From: Hypanus sabinus
Taxonomy: Eukaryota
Direction: 5' to 3'
DNA length: 64,000 nucleotides
Assembly (NCBI RefSeq): GCF_030144855.1
Contig: NC_082712.1
Coordinates: 148,552,001 to 148,616,000 of the forward strand
A program made the position numbers and the translations under genes. The notes beneath the pieces are model-generated. The model searched no databases, had not been told where the DNA came from, and was given only the letters and a program-made list of their open reading frames with translations. This document shows, one piece after another, positions 13,227-25,729 of the stretch (position 1 is its first letter; each line of letters starts with the position of its first letter).

Positions 13227-14849
13227 AAAGAAACATTCCAGGGAATATCAATATTTATGCTTTTTTACAAGCCATAGGTATAAAACTGATGCCCCAAAGT
13301 CAATAACTACATTATCTGAAAGAAATGCAGAATGAACCTAACTTTTATTCTTCCCCTCTAAGAAAGTAATGCTGCAAGGTCAGAGAAAGAGCCAATAATC
13401 CTCTATCTTCTTTTAGGTTTCCCATTGCTGATCAGAGATGCTTGTTGTAATAGAAAAGGATTTGTGGGAATTTATTGTTTTCCAATGAGCTATGATAAGA
13501 TACTAAAGGCATGTTCTTGGAGTCAATGAGATATTCTTGTGGCTGAGTGTATGGCCAGGTTCGCCTGGACTAGCTTTTGCACATTCCAACTTTTTCACTT
13601 CAATTTGCAAGTACCGAAGATTGGGATCTCTCTTTGCCTTCTGCTCCTCAAAGGAAGTTTGGATAAGTGGTCATAAATTTTGCTGAGGAATATACAAGTT
13701 CACGTTCATTGTCATGAGCCCAGGGTGTAAATGCCATGAAAATCAGCACAGTATATTACAAACATACTAAACACAAATTACATGAACTTAAGTCAACATA
13801 AGTTATACGTAACTTACAAGACACAATAAAGTATCACAGCAGTATTAGTACAAATATGGGAAATCTGGTTTGTGGTATAATTTGGGTTTTCAAGCTCAGG
13901 CAGTGGAGAAGGAGCTGTTGATGAACCTTGAAGTGTTGGTCTTCAGGCTCCTGTACCACCTACCTGATGGCATCAATGTAGAGGAAATATGAAACATTAG
14001 TATGAATGAAAGTAGCCAATGTAATTTAACTACATTACACTTGGGATTGTAAGGGAAGGGCAGATTTAGTAATTCTTCTCACTTTCTAGGTAAATCTTAG
14101 AAATCCCTAAGGTAGGGGGGAAATTAGTTCCATTTATTATCAAAAGTATGTATGCACTATACAACCTTAAAATTTATCTCCTTACAGGTAGGCACAAAAA
14201 AATAGAAACCCAAAAGAACCCATTTAAAAAAAAAAGAGGACTGACAAACACCCAATTTGCAGAGAGAAAAAAATACAAATTGTGCAAATGATAAAAGCAA
14301 GCAAAAAGCCTTTAACTGAAGTCCACGAAGAGGGTCTATCCACAGGCATGAAGCACAAACTCAGTTCAGCGCAGAGCCAAGTAAACGTCCTGGCCGGTCC
14401 TTCTCACTCCTCGGTCCCTGACTCCCTGACCTCTTCAATCTGGCCTAGCGCTTAAATCGTTGTCCAATCATTGGGTTCTATCACTTCAATACACTCTGGG
14501 CCTGGACTCTGTTGCCACAATTGGGCTTGAACCTGACCTTTCCAATTCAGCCCAGCATTAAATCGATCAAACTTTGAGTCTTTCCTCACTTCGGTGATGG
14601 GCCACATGCCTCGTCTCGCTTTGGTTCTGCAGAATCGAATTGCCTCAGAAGTCTGAAGACAAGTTATAGGCTATTGTTTTTGGAGATTGGTTACCAGAAG
14701 AAGCCTGATTAACAAAGTATTTAATTGCTTTCTGTTTTATTGGTACTAAAAGTAGTTGTCTTCAACAGCACCATCTTAAACCGTATGACAGTCACACCAG
14801 TAACAGGATAATTTCATGCAATATTTGAATAATTAACTTAAATTTATTA

Positions 14850-15095
14850 TTATTGCAGAAAGCCATACTGCCAGGAAACCTCCAATTTAACCCTAGCCTA
14901 ATCATAGGAGAATTTACAATGACTGATTAACCTACTAACCGGTACGTCTTTGGACCGTGGAAGGAAACTGGAGCACCCGGAGATATCTCACACATTCCAT
15001 GGGGAGAATGTACAATCTCCCAACAGAGGACACTGGATTGAACTCTGAACTCCATATCAAGCTGTAATAATGTCACAATAAACGGTACACTACTG
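14850..15095 (-). mobile_element. V-SINE (HE1-like) copy
   Basis: Reverse-complement V-domain (TACGTCTTTGGACCGTGGAAGGAAACTGGAGCACCCGGAG). Confidence 0.65.
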
Positions 15096-16559
15096 TATAT
15101 TATTAGTTAATATTTATGAAGTTTCAAACAAAATGATGAGATTCCATGCTGAGATTTGTTAAGCAAGCTAATGGCATTGTGAGGTGAGGCCTCCATCGGT
15201 CAGACTTGATCATGGATATTGTGTCCTAGCTGTCTAGATACACAAGCCTGGGCAGTAAAATATGGAGAGCAAGCTGTTGCCCATGTAGCAAGATGAACGC
15301 AAAGGAACGGCAGAGATCAATACAGTTTGGTACCGGCAGCATTGCAGGAGCTGCCAGTCAACATTGAGCTGAATGTAGGACTGCCCTAGGGACTGCGGCT
15401 CTGGATTTTTCCCTCTGTGTTTACTCCCGAAGCTTTATGTACGGCAGAGAGCATGCTGACTGGTTGCGTCACTGACTAGTATGGAGACATCAATGCACAG
15501 GATAGAAACAGGCTGTAGAGCAAGGCATGAGAGTGCTTCTACTTTCTTAGAAGTTTGCGTAGATTCATCACATCACCAAGAATTCTGACAAACTTATAGA
15601 GATGCTGTTTTCCCCAGGGCTGAGATGGCTAACACAAGGCTGCATAGTTTTAAGGTGTTTGGAAGTATGTACGGGGGTAAGTTTTTCACACAGAGTGTGG
15701 TGGGTGCATGGAATGCACTACCAGCGACAGTGATAGAGGCAGGTCAATAGGATCTTTTAGACAGGCACATGGCGCTATGCGGTAGGGAAATTCCAGGCAA
15801 TTTCTAGAGTGGGTTACATAGTCAGCACAACATTGTGAGCTGAAGGGCCTGTAATGTGCTGTAGATTTCTATGTTCTATGCACAGTGGAGAGTATCCTAA
15901 CTGGTTGCATAGTAGCCTGTTTGGAAACACCAATGCCCATGAATGGAAATGGTTACAGAAAGTGATGGACACATTCGACTCCATCACAGGTAAAGCCCTT
16001 CCCACCGTTGAATAGAGTGCTGCCGCAAGAAAGCAGCATCCATCATCACAGATCCCTACCATCCAGGTCATGACCTCTTCTCTCTACTATCGGTGGGCAG
16101 AAGATAACAGAGTCCCTGCGTCCCACACAACCAGGTTCAGGAACAGTTGTTACAACCATCAGGCTCCTGAACGAGCATGGATAGCTGCAATCATCACTAT
16201 TCTGAATTGATTCTACGACTACAGATTCACTTTCAAGGACTATTTACAACTCATGCTCTCAGTTTTTTTATTCATACAGTTTGTTTTCTTTTGTTAGTCT
16301 TTCTGTATAATCTCTGTAAAGTCTATTCTATTTTTCCATGTAAATGCCAACCGAGAAAATAAATCTCAAGATATTACATAGCTAACATGTTCAGTATCTT
16401 ATTTTTCTCTTTCCTACCCACCTCTCACCTTCCAGCTATCCTACCTCCCTTCCCACCACCTTTTTATTTTGTTGTCTTGCCCATCCCTTCCAGTCCTGAA
16501 GAAGGGCCTTGGCTCGAAATGTCGACTGTTTATTCATTTCCATGGATGCTGCCTGACCT

Positions 16560-18460
16560 GCAACAAAGCACAACTAAACAAGAAATAAGGAAAGGGAAGA
16601 TAGAGTATGAAAGTAAATCAGCACAAAATATAAAAACAGATACCAGAAGTTTTTATAAATATCTAAAGTGGAAGAAGGTGGCTAAAGTCAATGTAGGTCC
16701 CTTAGAAGATGAGAAGGGGAAATTGATATTGGGTGATAAGGAAATGGCTGAGGCCTTGAACGACTATTTTGTGTCGGTCTTCATGGTGGAGAACACATCT
16801 GATATGCCAAAGAATGATGATGTGGATAAAATGGGAGGTGAGGATCTTGATAGAATCACTGTCACTAAACAGACAGTGATGAGAAAACTAGAGTGACTGA
16901 AGGTAGTTAAGACCCCTGGTCCTGATGGGGTGCATCCCAGGGTGCAGAGGGAATTGGCGAGAGGTTATAGTAGATGCATTGGTAATCATTTACCAAAACT
17001 CTCTAGACTCTGGGCAGGTTCCGGCAGATTGGAAGACTGTAAATGTCACACAACATTTTAAAAAAGGATGTAAACAAAAGATGGTCAACTCTAGGCCTTT
17101 TAGCTTAACATCTGTAGTCCAGAAAATGCTTGAAGCTGTCATTAAGGAAGAAATAGTGAAAGGAGTGGTTCCATTAGACAGACGCAGCATGGATTCAGAA
17201 AGGGCAGGTCCTGTTTGACGAACTGACTGGAGTTCTTTGAGGACATAGTGAGTGCAGTGGATAGAAGGGAACAGGTAGATGTCATATACTTGGATTTCCA
17301 GAAGATGTTCGATAAGGTGCTGCACAAGAGACTTATAAATAAGATACAAATGCATGGGGTTGCAGGAAGTGTATTGGGATGGATAGTGGATTGGTTAACT
17401 GATAGAAAGCAGAGAGTTGGTATAAATGGGTGTTTCTCTGGTTGGCAGTCAGTGGTGAGTGAGGTGCCGCAGGGGTCGGTGCTGGGCCCGCAACTGTTTA
17501 CCATTTACATTGATGATTTGGAAGAGGGGACTGAGTGTTGCGTAGCAAAATTTGCTGATGACACTAAATTGAGTGGAAAAGCAAATTGTACAGAGGATGT
17601 GGAGAGTCTGCAGAGGGATATAGACAGGTTAGGTGAGAGGGCAGATGGTCTGGCAGATGGAATATGACGTTGGTAAATGTGAGATCATCCACTTTGGAAG
17701 GAATAATAGAAGAGAAGATTACTAATAAAATGGTGAAAGATTGCAACATGCCGTTGTGCAGAGGGACCTGGGAGCGCTTGTTCATAAATCACAAAAAGTT
17801 AGTTTGCAGGTACAAAGGAATGTTGGCCTCCATTGCTAGAGGGATGGAATTCAAAAACATGCTGCAACTATACAGGGTACTGGTGAGGCCGCACCTGGAG
17901 TACTGTGGGCAGTTCTGGTCTCCATGCTTGAGGAAAGACATACTGGTTTTGGAGGCAGTGCAGAGGAGGTTCACCAGGTTGATTCCAGAAATGAAGCGGT
18001 TAACCTATGAGGAGCAATTGAGTCGCCTGGGACTATACTCTCCAGAATTCAGAAGAATGAGAGGGGATCTTATAGAAACATACAACATTTTGAAAGGGAT
18101 AGATAAGATTGAAGTAGGAGTGTTGTTTCCATTGGTAAGTGAGACTTGAGCCAGGGGACATTGCCTCAAGATTCAGGGGAGAAGATTTAGGATGGAGATG
18201 AGGAGAAAGTGTTTTTCCTGGAGAGTGGTGAATCTGTGGAATTCTCTGCCCAGGGAAGTAGTTGAGGCTTCTTCACTAAATATATTTAAGATACAGTTAG
18301 ATAGATTTTTACATAGTAGGGGGATAAGGTTTATGGGGTAAAGGCAGGTAGATGGAGCTGAGTTTACTGACAGATCATCCATGATCTTATTGAATGACGG
18401 GGCAGGCTCGATGGCTGGATGGCCTACTCCTGCACCTATTTCTTATGTTCTCATGTTCCT
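16560..18460 (+). mobile_element. CR1-type LINE ORF2 (RT) to 3' end, degenerate
   Basis: VDVIYLDFQKMFDKVLH, VPQGSVLGPQLFTIYIDDL, FADDTKL and LVRPHLEYCGQFWSP across frameshifted ORFs 16387-18149. Confidence 0.9.
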
Positions 18461-18959
18461 CCAGCATTTTGTGCGTATTGCTTTAGATTTCCAGTAACTG
18501 CAGACTTTCTTGTGTTTATATTCAGTATGTACTTTAAAAATAAATTTACTTTGAACTTTGATCTTCTAGAGGTAGCATCCATCATAAAGACCCTCAGAAT
18601 CGGGGTCATGCTCTCTTATCATTATCTCCATTGGGAGAGAGATACAAAAACCTGAAGACTTTAACTCACTGTTTTAGGGACAGTTTCTTCCCCTCTACCC
18701 TCAGGTTTCCGAATGGTGCTGGAACACTACTTCTTTATTGCTCTTCTGGCTCTTCTTTTATTTCCTGTATCTTCGATTAATTGTTATGTTTTGCACTGCA
18801 TCTCCACCACAAAACAGAAAATTCATCACATATGTCTGCAATAACCTGATGCAACTTAGGACATGGAAGCAAAGTGCCTCAGGAGCTGGGTTTGTTGGAA
18901 TGTTGAATGGAGGGGAGAGGAAGGTACGTTTGGTGCTGACACTGTTGTAGGGATGTGTG

Positions 18960-19935
18960 AAGCCTGGTGGGATCTGGAAGAGGGGACCAAGGTGTAGCGT
19001 ATTTAAGTTTGCTGATGGTACTAAATTGAGTGGAAAAGCAAATTTCAAAGTGCAGAAAATACAGAGAGTCTGCAGAGAGATATAGATAGGTTAAGTGAGC
19101 AGGCAAGGGTCTGGCAGATAGAGTACAATGTTGGTAAATGCAAGGTCATCCACCTTGGAAAGAAAAATGAAAGATCAGATTATTATTGAAATGGTAAAAA
19201 TTTGTGGCATGCTGTTGTGCAGAGGGACTTGGGAGTGCCTGTTCATGAATCATGAAAGGTTGGTTTACAGTTACAGCAGGCTATCAAGAAGGTAAATGGA
19301 ATGTTGACCTTCATTGCTAGAGGGATTGGATTTAAGAGCAGAGAGGTTATGCTGCAACTGTATAGGGTGAGGCTGCATCTGGAGTATTGCATGCAATTCT
19401 GGTCTCCTTACCTGAGGAAGGATATACTGGCTTTGGAGGCGGTGCAGAGGAGGTTCACCAGGTTGATTCCAGAGATGAGGGGGTAAGACTATGAGGGGGG
19501 ATTGAGTCACCTGGGACTGTACTCGCTGGAATTTAGAAGAATGACAGGAGACCTTATAGAAACATATAAGACATATGAAAGGGATAGATAAGATAGACGC
19601 AGGAAAGTTGTTTCGACTAATAGGTGAGACTAGAACTAGGGGCCATAGCCTCAAGATTCGGGGGAGAAGATTTAGGTCAGAGATGAGGAGGAACTGCTTT
19701 TCCCAGAGAGTGGTGAATCTGTGAAATTCTCTGCCCAGGGAAGTAGTTGAGGCTTCTTCACTAAATATATTTAAGATACAGTTAGATAGATTTTTACATA
19801 GTAGGGGAATTAAGGTTTATGGGGAAAAGGCAGGTAGGTGGAGATGAGTCCGTGGCCTGATCAGCCATGATCTTACTGAATGGCCAAGCAGGCTCGATGG
19901 GCCGCTCCTGCTCCTATTTCTTGGGTTCTTAAGTT
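18960..19935 (+). mobile_element. Second CR1 3' fragment
   Basis: FADGTKL...REVMLQLYRVRLHLEYCMQFWSPYLRKD; CR1 3' UTR ending in TTCTTA(TG/AG) repeats. Confidence 0.85.
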
Positions 19936-20929
19936 CTTATGTGAACACAATGGAAACCCTACTAAGATCCTATAAAACAGTTTGAGAACACAGATATGTG
20001 AGTTGGAACAGAGAGAGGCCCTAGTCAACTAGAAGAACAAGGCATCCGGCACTAAAGGAAAAGCAAGATTGGAACTGTTGCAAAAGAGACAGAGGCACTG
20101 GATAATGGAATGGAGCAGAATAAGAGAGTGAGTTGGTGGATTATTAGTATACATTTGTGTCAGCCTTTTACTAGATAGAGAAGTTGAAGAAGAACTAGAG
20201 ATGGACATAGCAAGTTGAGAGAAAACTTTATTAGCAAAGTTGGTGAAACATTCCAAATCAACGTGAGAGCAGATGTCTGCACACATTCAGTAACCTAAGG
20301 GAGGGAACTTCTCTAAAATTGAATCAGAAAATATCCCACATATTATTAAAAGGAATAAGCAAGATGTGGGTCTCCATGAATTTGCACAGATGCAATTTAA
20401 TAGAAGTGGAGTGACAGAATAATATTTCACATATGATAGAAAAAAATTAAGGAGTCTATATAAAATCCTAGAGAAGCTTTCTGCTAATGCAGCCAAGAGG
20501 CATAGAAAAGTAATTAGCTCTGTTTTCCTTGCATTAAAATGGGACTTACAATTTATTTAATACTCTTAGAAGTTCCATTAAAAGATGATGAGATTAATTA
20601 ATAGCAACTCAATGGCACTGAGGTGTTGCTCATGTAATGCTACTCTGTGTCAACAAGTGGGCTGTATATCTTGTGTCATGAGCAGCTTTCTTAATAGCTC
20701 TTAATTCAGGTTTGGAAATAAATAAATGGGGCTTCCTCCATAATACCCATCAATTTTATTCAAGATTCAAGATTGTTTGATGTTATTTTCTGTACACAAG
20801 TGTAAGGAGAAGGAAATCATTGTTCTTCTGGATCTGACACAACACAAAACAAAAACAACCCCCCCCCCCCCCCTAATATTATAATAATAATAACAGTGAT
20901 GTTTTAGGCAGTTTGGATGTGATTGTTAG

Positions 20930-21500
20930 GATGTTTGGCTGTGAAGTCATGTGTGAGCAGAGTATGAAGTAATGAGCTCAGTACACAGCTCTGGGGTTAC
21001 CTGATTTGAGGATGATGGGGAGGCAGAAGTGGTTGTACATTCTGTCCACCTGAGGTCTGTTCATTAGGAAGTCCAGCACAGGGGTGTATTTAGACTGAGG
21101 AGTAGGAGCTTGTTCACCAAGGTCTGTGGGACAATAGTGTTGAATGCTGAACTGACATAACTGTCCTTGTTTTCTAGGTGTGTCAGGCCCAGGTGCATGG
21201 CAGATGCTGTGGTGTTTGTTGCAGAGTGGTTCTGTCGGTGGTGAGTGCCCAGTGTGGTAGGAATGGAGCTTTTGATATGTGCCGTTCAAAGCACTTCATG
21301 ATGATTGGCATCAGTGCCACTGGACGGTAGTCATGTAGTTCTGAAGATGTGCTGTTCTTTGGCACAGAGATGATAGAGACTGATTTGAAGCATATGGGTA
21401 TAGCAGTTTGGAAGAGTGAAGTGTTGAAGATGTCCATGAAGATAGTGACTTTAGTGAGCTGGTGTGCACACTCCCTGAATACTGGGATGTTATGATTGGT
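20930..21500 (-). mobile_element. Rex1/Babar-type RT fragment
   Basis: DIFNTSLFQTAIPICFKSVSIISVPK..LHDYRPVALMPIIMKCFER (ORF 21183-21437). Confidence 0.7.
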
Positions 21501-21514
21501 ATGCTGGGATTATA

Positions 21515-22240
21515 CATAGAAACACAGAAAACCTACAGCATAATACAGGCACTTTGGCCCACAAAGTTGTGTTGAACATGTCCCTACCTTAGAAATTACT
21601 AGGCTTACCTATAGCCCTTTATTTTTCGAAGCTCCACGTACCTATCCAGGAGCCTCTTAAAAGACCCTATCGTATCCGCCTCCACCACTGTTGCTGGCAG
21701 CCCATTCCATGCACTCACCACTTTCTGAGTAAAAAACTTACCCCAGACATCTCCTCTGTACCTACTCCCCAGCACCTTAAACCTGTGTCCTCTGGTGGCA
21801 ACCATTTCAGCCCTGAGAAAAAGCCTCTGCCAACACACATGATCAATGCCTCTCATCTTCTTATACACCTCTATCAGGTCACCTCTCATCCTCTGTGGCT
21901 CCAAGGAGAAAAGGCTGAGTTCACTCAACCTATCCTCATAAGGCATGTTCCCCAATCCAGGCAACATCCTTGTAAATCTCCTCTGCACTCTTTCTATGGC
22001 TTCCACATCCTTCCTATAGAGAGGTGACCAGAATTGAGCACAGTACTCCAAGTGGGGTCTGACCAGGGTCCTATATAGTTGCAACATTACCTCTCGGCTC
22101 CTAAGTTCAATTCCATGATTGATGAAGGCCAATACACTGTATGCCTTCTTAACTACAGAGTCAACCTGTGTAGCTGCTTTGAGCGTCCTATGGACTCGGA
22201 CCCCAAGATCCCTCTGATCCTCCACACCGCCAAGAGTCTT
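21515..22240 (-). mobile_element. CR1 LINE 3' end with 206-aa open ORF2 tail
   Basis: ORF 21605-22225: QRDLGVRVH..RSREVMLQLYRTLVRPHLEYCAQFWSP..GHRFKV..FFTQKVV. Confidence 0.9.
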
Positions 22241-22737
22241 AACATGGAGATTTGGTCAGAAAGGCCAAGATAAGGATGTGGTTTTAATGTATTAATGATT
22301 GAATGGGAACTTTTTGCTTTAAAATATTCAGCATCTTTAGGTATAAAACACTAGTGCCTCAAAGTTACTTTGAACATTCAGAATACTATTTAACTATTAA
22401 GGCCTTACCATAACAACCTGCGTAAAGACAGCTTCTTTGTACATCAAAGTTGGTGAATGTCCTCAATAAATGCTTCAGGTTTAATATCGTTGACATGTCA
22501 TGAAGTTTGTTGTTTTCAAGCAGCAATACAGCGCAAGACCTAAAAATTATGACAAGTTACAATAAATAGTGTAAAAGTGGAGTAGTGACATAGTATTCAT
22601 GGATCATTCAGATATATGATGGTTGAGGGGAAGATGATGTTGTCTGTGGGTCTTCAGGCTCCTCTACCTCTTCCCTGATGGTAGTTATCAGAAGAGGGCA
22701 TGTCACTACCATTCAGGGCCTTAAACAGTCCTTCCAG

Positions 22738-23430
22738 CTGAGGCAACACTTCACCTGTGAGTCTGCTGGGTTCATTTACTATGTTTGGTGCTCCTGGTGT
22801 GGCCTCCTGTATATCAGTGAGACTTGACGTAGATTGGGAGACCACTTCACTGAGCATCTACGCTCCATCCAACAGAACAAGCGGGATCTCCCAGGGGCCA
22901 ACTATTTTAATTACACTTCCCATTCCCATTCCGATATGCCAATCCATGGCTTCCTCCACTGTCGGGATGAGACCACACTTAGGTTGGTGGAACAACACCT
23001 TATATTCTAATTGGGTAGCCTCCAACCTGAAGGCATGAACATCAATTTCTCAAACTCTGGTAATGCCCCCCCTTCATCATTTCTCATCCCCTTTTCCCTC
23101 TCTCACCTCATCTCCTTGCCCACCCATTGCCTCCCTCTGGTGCTCCTCCCCACTTTTTGTTTCTTCCTTGGCCTTCTGTCTCTTTCACCAATCAACTTCC
23201 CAGCTCTTTACTTCATTTCTGCCCCTCCAGGTTTCACCTATCACTTGGTGGTTCTCTCTCCCCTACCCCCACATTTTAAATCTCCTCCTCAGGTTTTTTT
23301 CTACAGTCCCGCCGAAGGGTTTCGACCCGAAATGCCGACAGTACTTCTTTCTGTTGATGCTGCCTAGCCTGCTGAGTTCCTTCAGCATTTTGTGTGTGTT
23401 GGTTGGATTTCCAGCATCTGCAGATTTTCT
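22738..23430 (+). mobile_element. Penelope-like element 3' part (GIY-YIG endonuclease region)
   Basis: Degenerate RQHFTCESAG..CGLLYI(G)ETRRRLGD..EHLRS and LGSLQPEGMNINFSN, followed by a pyrimidine-rich tail and GAAGGGTTTCGACCCGAAA. Confidence 0.7.
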
Positions 23431-23519
23431 TTTGTTTGTGAGAGGGCATGTCCTGGATGGAGAGGGTCCTAATGATGCTGATAGCGATATATACCATTAC
23501 AACATTTATCAAATATTTG

Positions 23520-23800
23520 GACGGTGATTTATTTATTTATTGCCCTGCAGCATGGAATAGGCCCTTCTGGCCCTTTGAGCCTCACCATCCAGCAATCCCC
23601 CAATTTTAATCTGAGTTTAATCACAGAACAACTTACAATAACCAACCTGTACATCTTTGGACTGTGGGAGGAAACAGGAGCACCCAGAAAAAACCCACAT
23701 GGTCACGGGGAGAATGCGAAGACTCCTTACGGGCCGCGGAGGGAATTGAACCTGGGTCACTGGTATTGTAAAGCATTGTGCTAACCTCTACACTATTGCG
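23520..23800 (-). mobile_element. V-SINE (HE1-like) copy
   Basis: CATCTTTGGACTGTGGGAGGAAACAGGAGCACCCAG...GGTCACGGGGAGAATG (reverse V-domain). Confidence 0.7.
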
Positions 23801-25729
23801 CACACCCACATCAAGAACTCCCCACTCTACCTATCACGAAAATCCTGTTTCAATGAAGAATAGACCAGGAAAAGCTTCAGATTAGCAGCAGGTCATACAG
23901 AATCAATGAGTAAAGATACTAGGCATGCCATCAGTGTTGCAGATCTTCCAGCCAAAAATATTGAAATAAGCATTTGACTTTGACCAGAAGACTATAAGAT
24001 ACAGGAGCAGGATTGGGCAATTTGGTCCATCACGTCTGCTCCACCATTTCATCATGGTTGATTCAATTTTCCTCTCAGCCCTATTCTCCTGCCTTCTCCC
24101 CACATCCCTTCATGCCCTAACCGGTCAAGAATCTATCAAACTCTGCCTTAAATATACATAAAGACTTGGCCTCCACAGTTGCCTGTGGCAGAGAATTCCA
24201 CAGATTTACTGCTCTGGCTAGAGGAATTCCTACGTTTTGAAAGGATGCCCTCTGTTCTGAGGCTGTGCCCTCTGTTCTGAGGCTGTGTCCTCTGGTCTTA
24301 GATTCTTCCACCATAGAAACCAATTTGCTCATCTAGCCAAGTTTAAAGTGAATTTTAATAGAAAGCTTCTTAAACTATGTTTCTTTAAGTGTTGATCTGC
24401 ATTTTCAGCATTTCCAGTATTTTTAATATTGTCTTGTTTAACACTTTTTAACACTGTCTTGTTCTGCTTTTTTCATGATGAGCCAGAGGGTGGTTTATCA
24501 GTTGAATTTATTGCTATAGAAGCCACTGGACTCAATTCATTATCTAGCATGGAGTTGGATAGGTACTTAATTAGTAAGGGCATCTAAAGATAATGGGATT
24601 GTGAAATAAAGCAGCTCTGATCAAATGGTGGAACAGACTTGATGGGCTGAATGGTCTGATACTGCTCCTATGTCTTATGGTTTTATATTTTATTGAAGAG
24701 CTATTGATGTGGAATCAAATCTTCATGCACCAGCATTGTCTCTTTGTCTTTAAATTCAGGCAAAGAGATATTGTTCAGACAGTGAGGAAGTGACAATCTA
24801 TCCTGAAACTGAATTCATCAGATTAGGAATGAAACTATTTTCTATAAGACCATAAGACATAGGAGCAGAATTAGGCCATCTGCCCCATCGAGTCTGGTCT
24901 GCCATTCAATCATGGCTGATCCTTTTTTTTCTATCTCCTCCTCAATCCCAGTTCCTGCCTTTCTCCTCGTAACCTTTGATGCCATGTCTAATCAAGAACC
25001 TAAAGATTGTGCAATTATTTTCACTACGTTGATTCGTGTAGAACAATGGTGCAGATTCTGGCAAAATAAATACATACATAAGATTCCAACAAAGGAAAGC
25101 CGGAAGGCAAAGGAGAACTGGCCTGGTTAAGTTCATTTTCTGGATGGGCATTTTGTAAGTTGACTGACCTACGTCCTTACTCCCCAAAACCTTTCAATTT
25201 TCATCAGGGCAGAAAAATTGCAGGGTATCCCAACCATTTTAAAAATGTCCTGGAGAAATTTTCCAACACCTCCATAGCTGTAGGATCATAGAGTATTAGA
25301 AAAGTACAGCTGAGAAACAGGCCCTTTGGCCCATCTAGTCTATGTCTAACTATTTAATTTGCCTACTCCCATTGACCTGCACTGTGACCATAAGCCTTCA
25401 TACCCCTACCATCCCTGTACCTATCCAAACATCTCAAACCCAGAGGGGCATCAAATGCTGTGGAGTAGCAATAATTCTAAACCCCCTCCGTACTCAAGCC
25501 CCCAAGTTACACACTGTCCTGTGTTGAACATTCACTGTTATTGTATTGCTACAGACTCAACATACTGTCTCTCCTTGCATCACAGCAGTATGGCTACATT
25601 GTCTCAGCATCACTTTGGTCTTTCAGGTAGACAGTTCATTGTTACACTTTTAAGGTCACTTAGGAGCAACTCTTGAATACTGGCCCTGGCAATAATGACC
25701 ATGTCGTTTGAACAAAAATGTTTCTTTGA

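Noticed and set aside
20000-20520. Purine-rich stretch that might be a decayed gag fragment
   Set aside because: No frame yields a diagnostic motif; needs a profile-HMM search.
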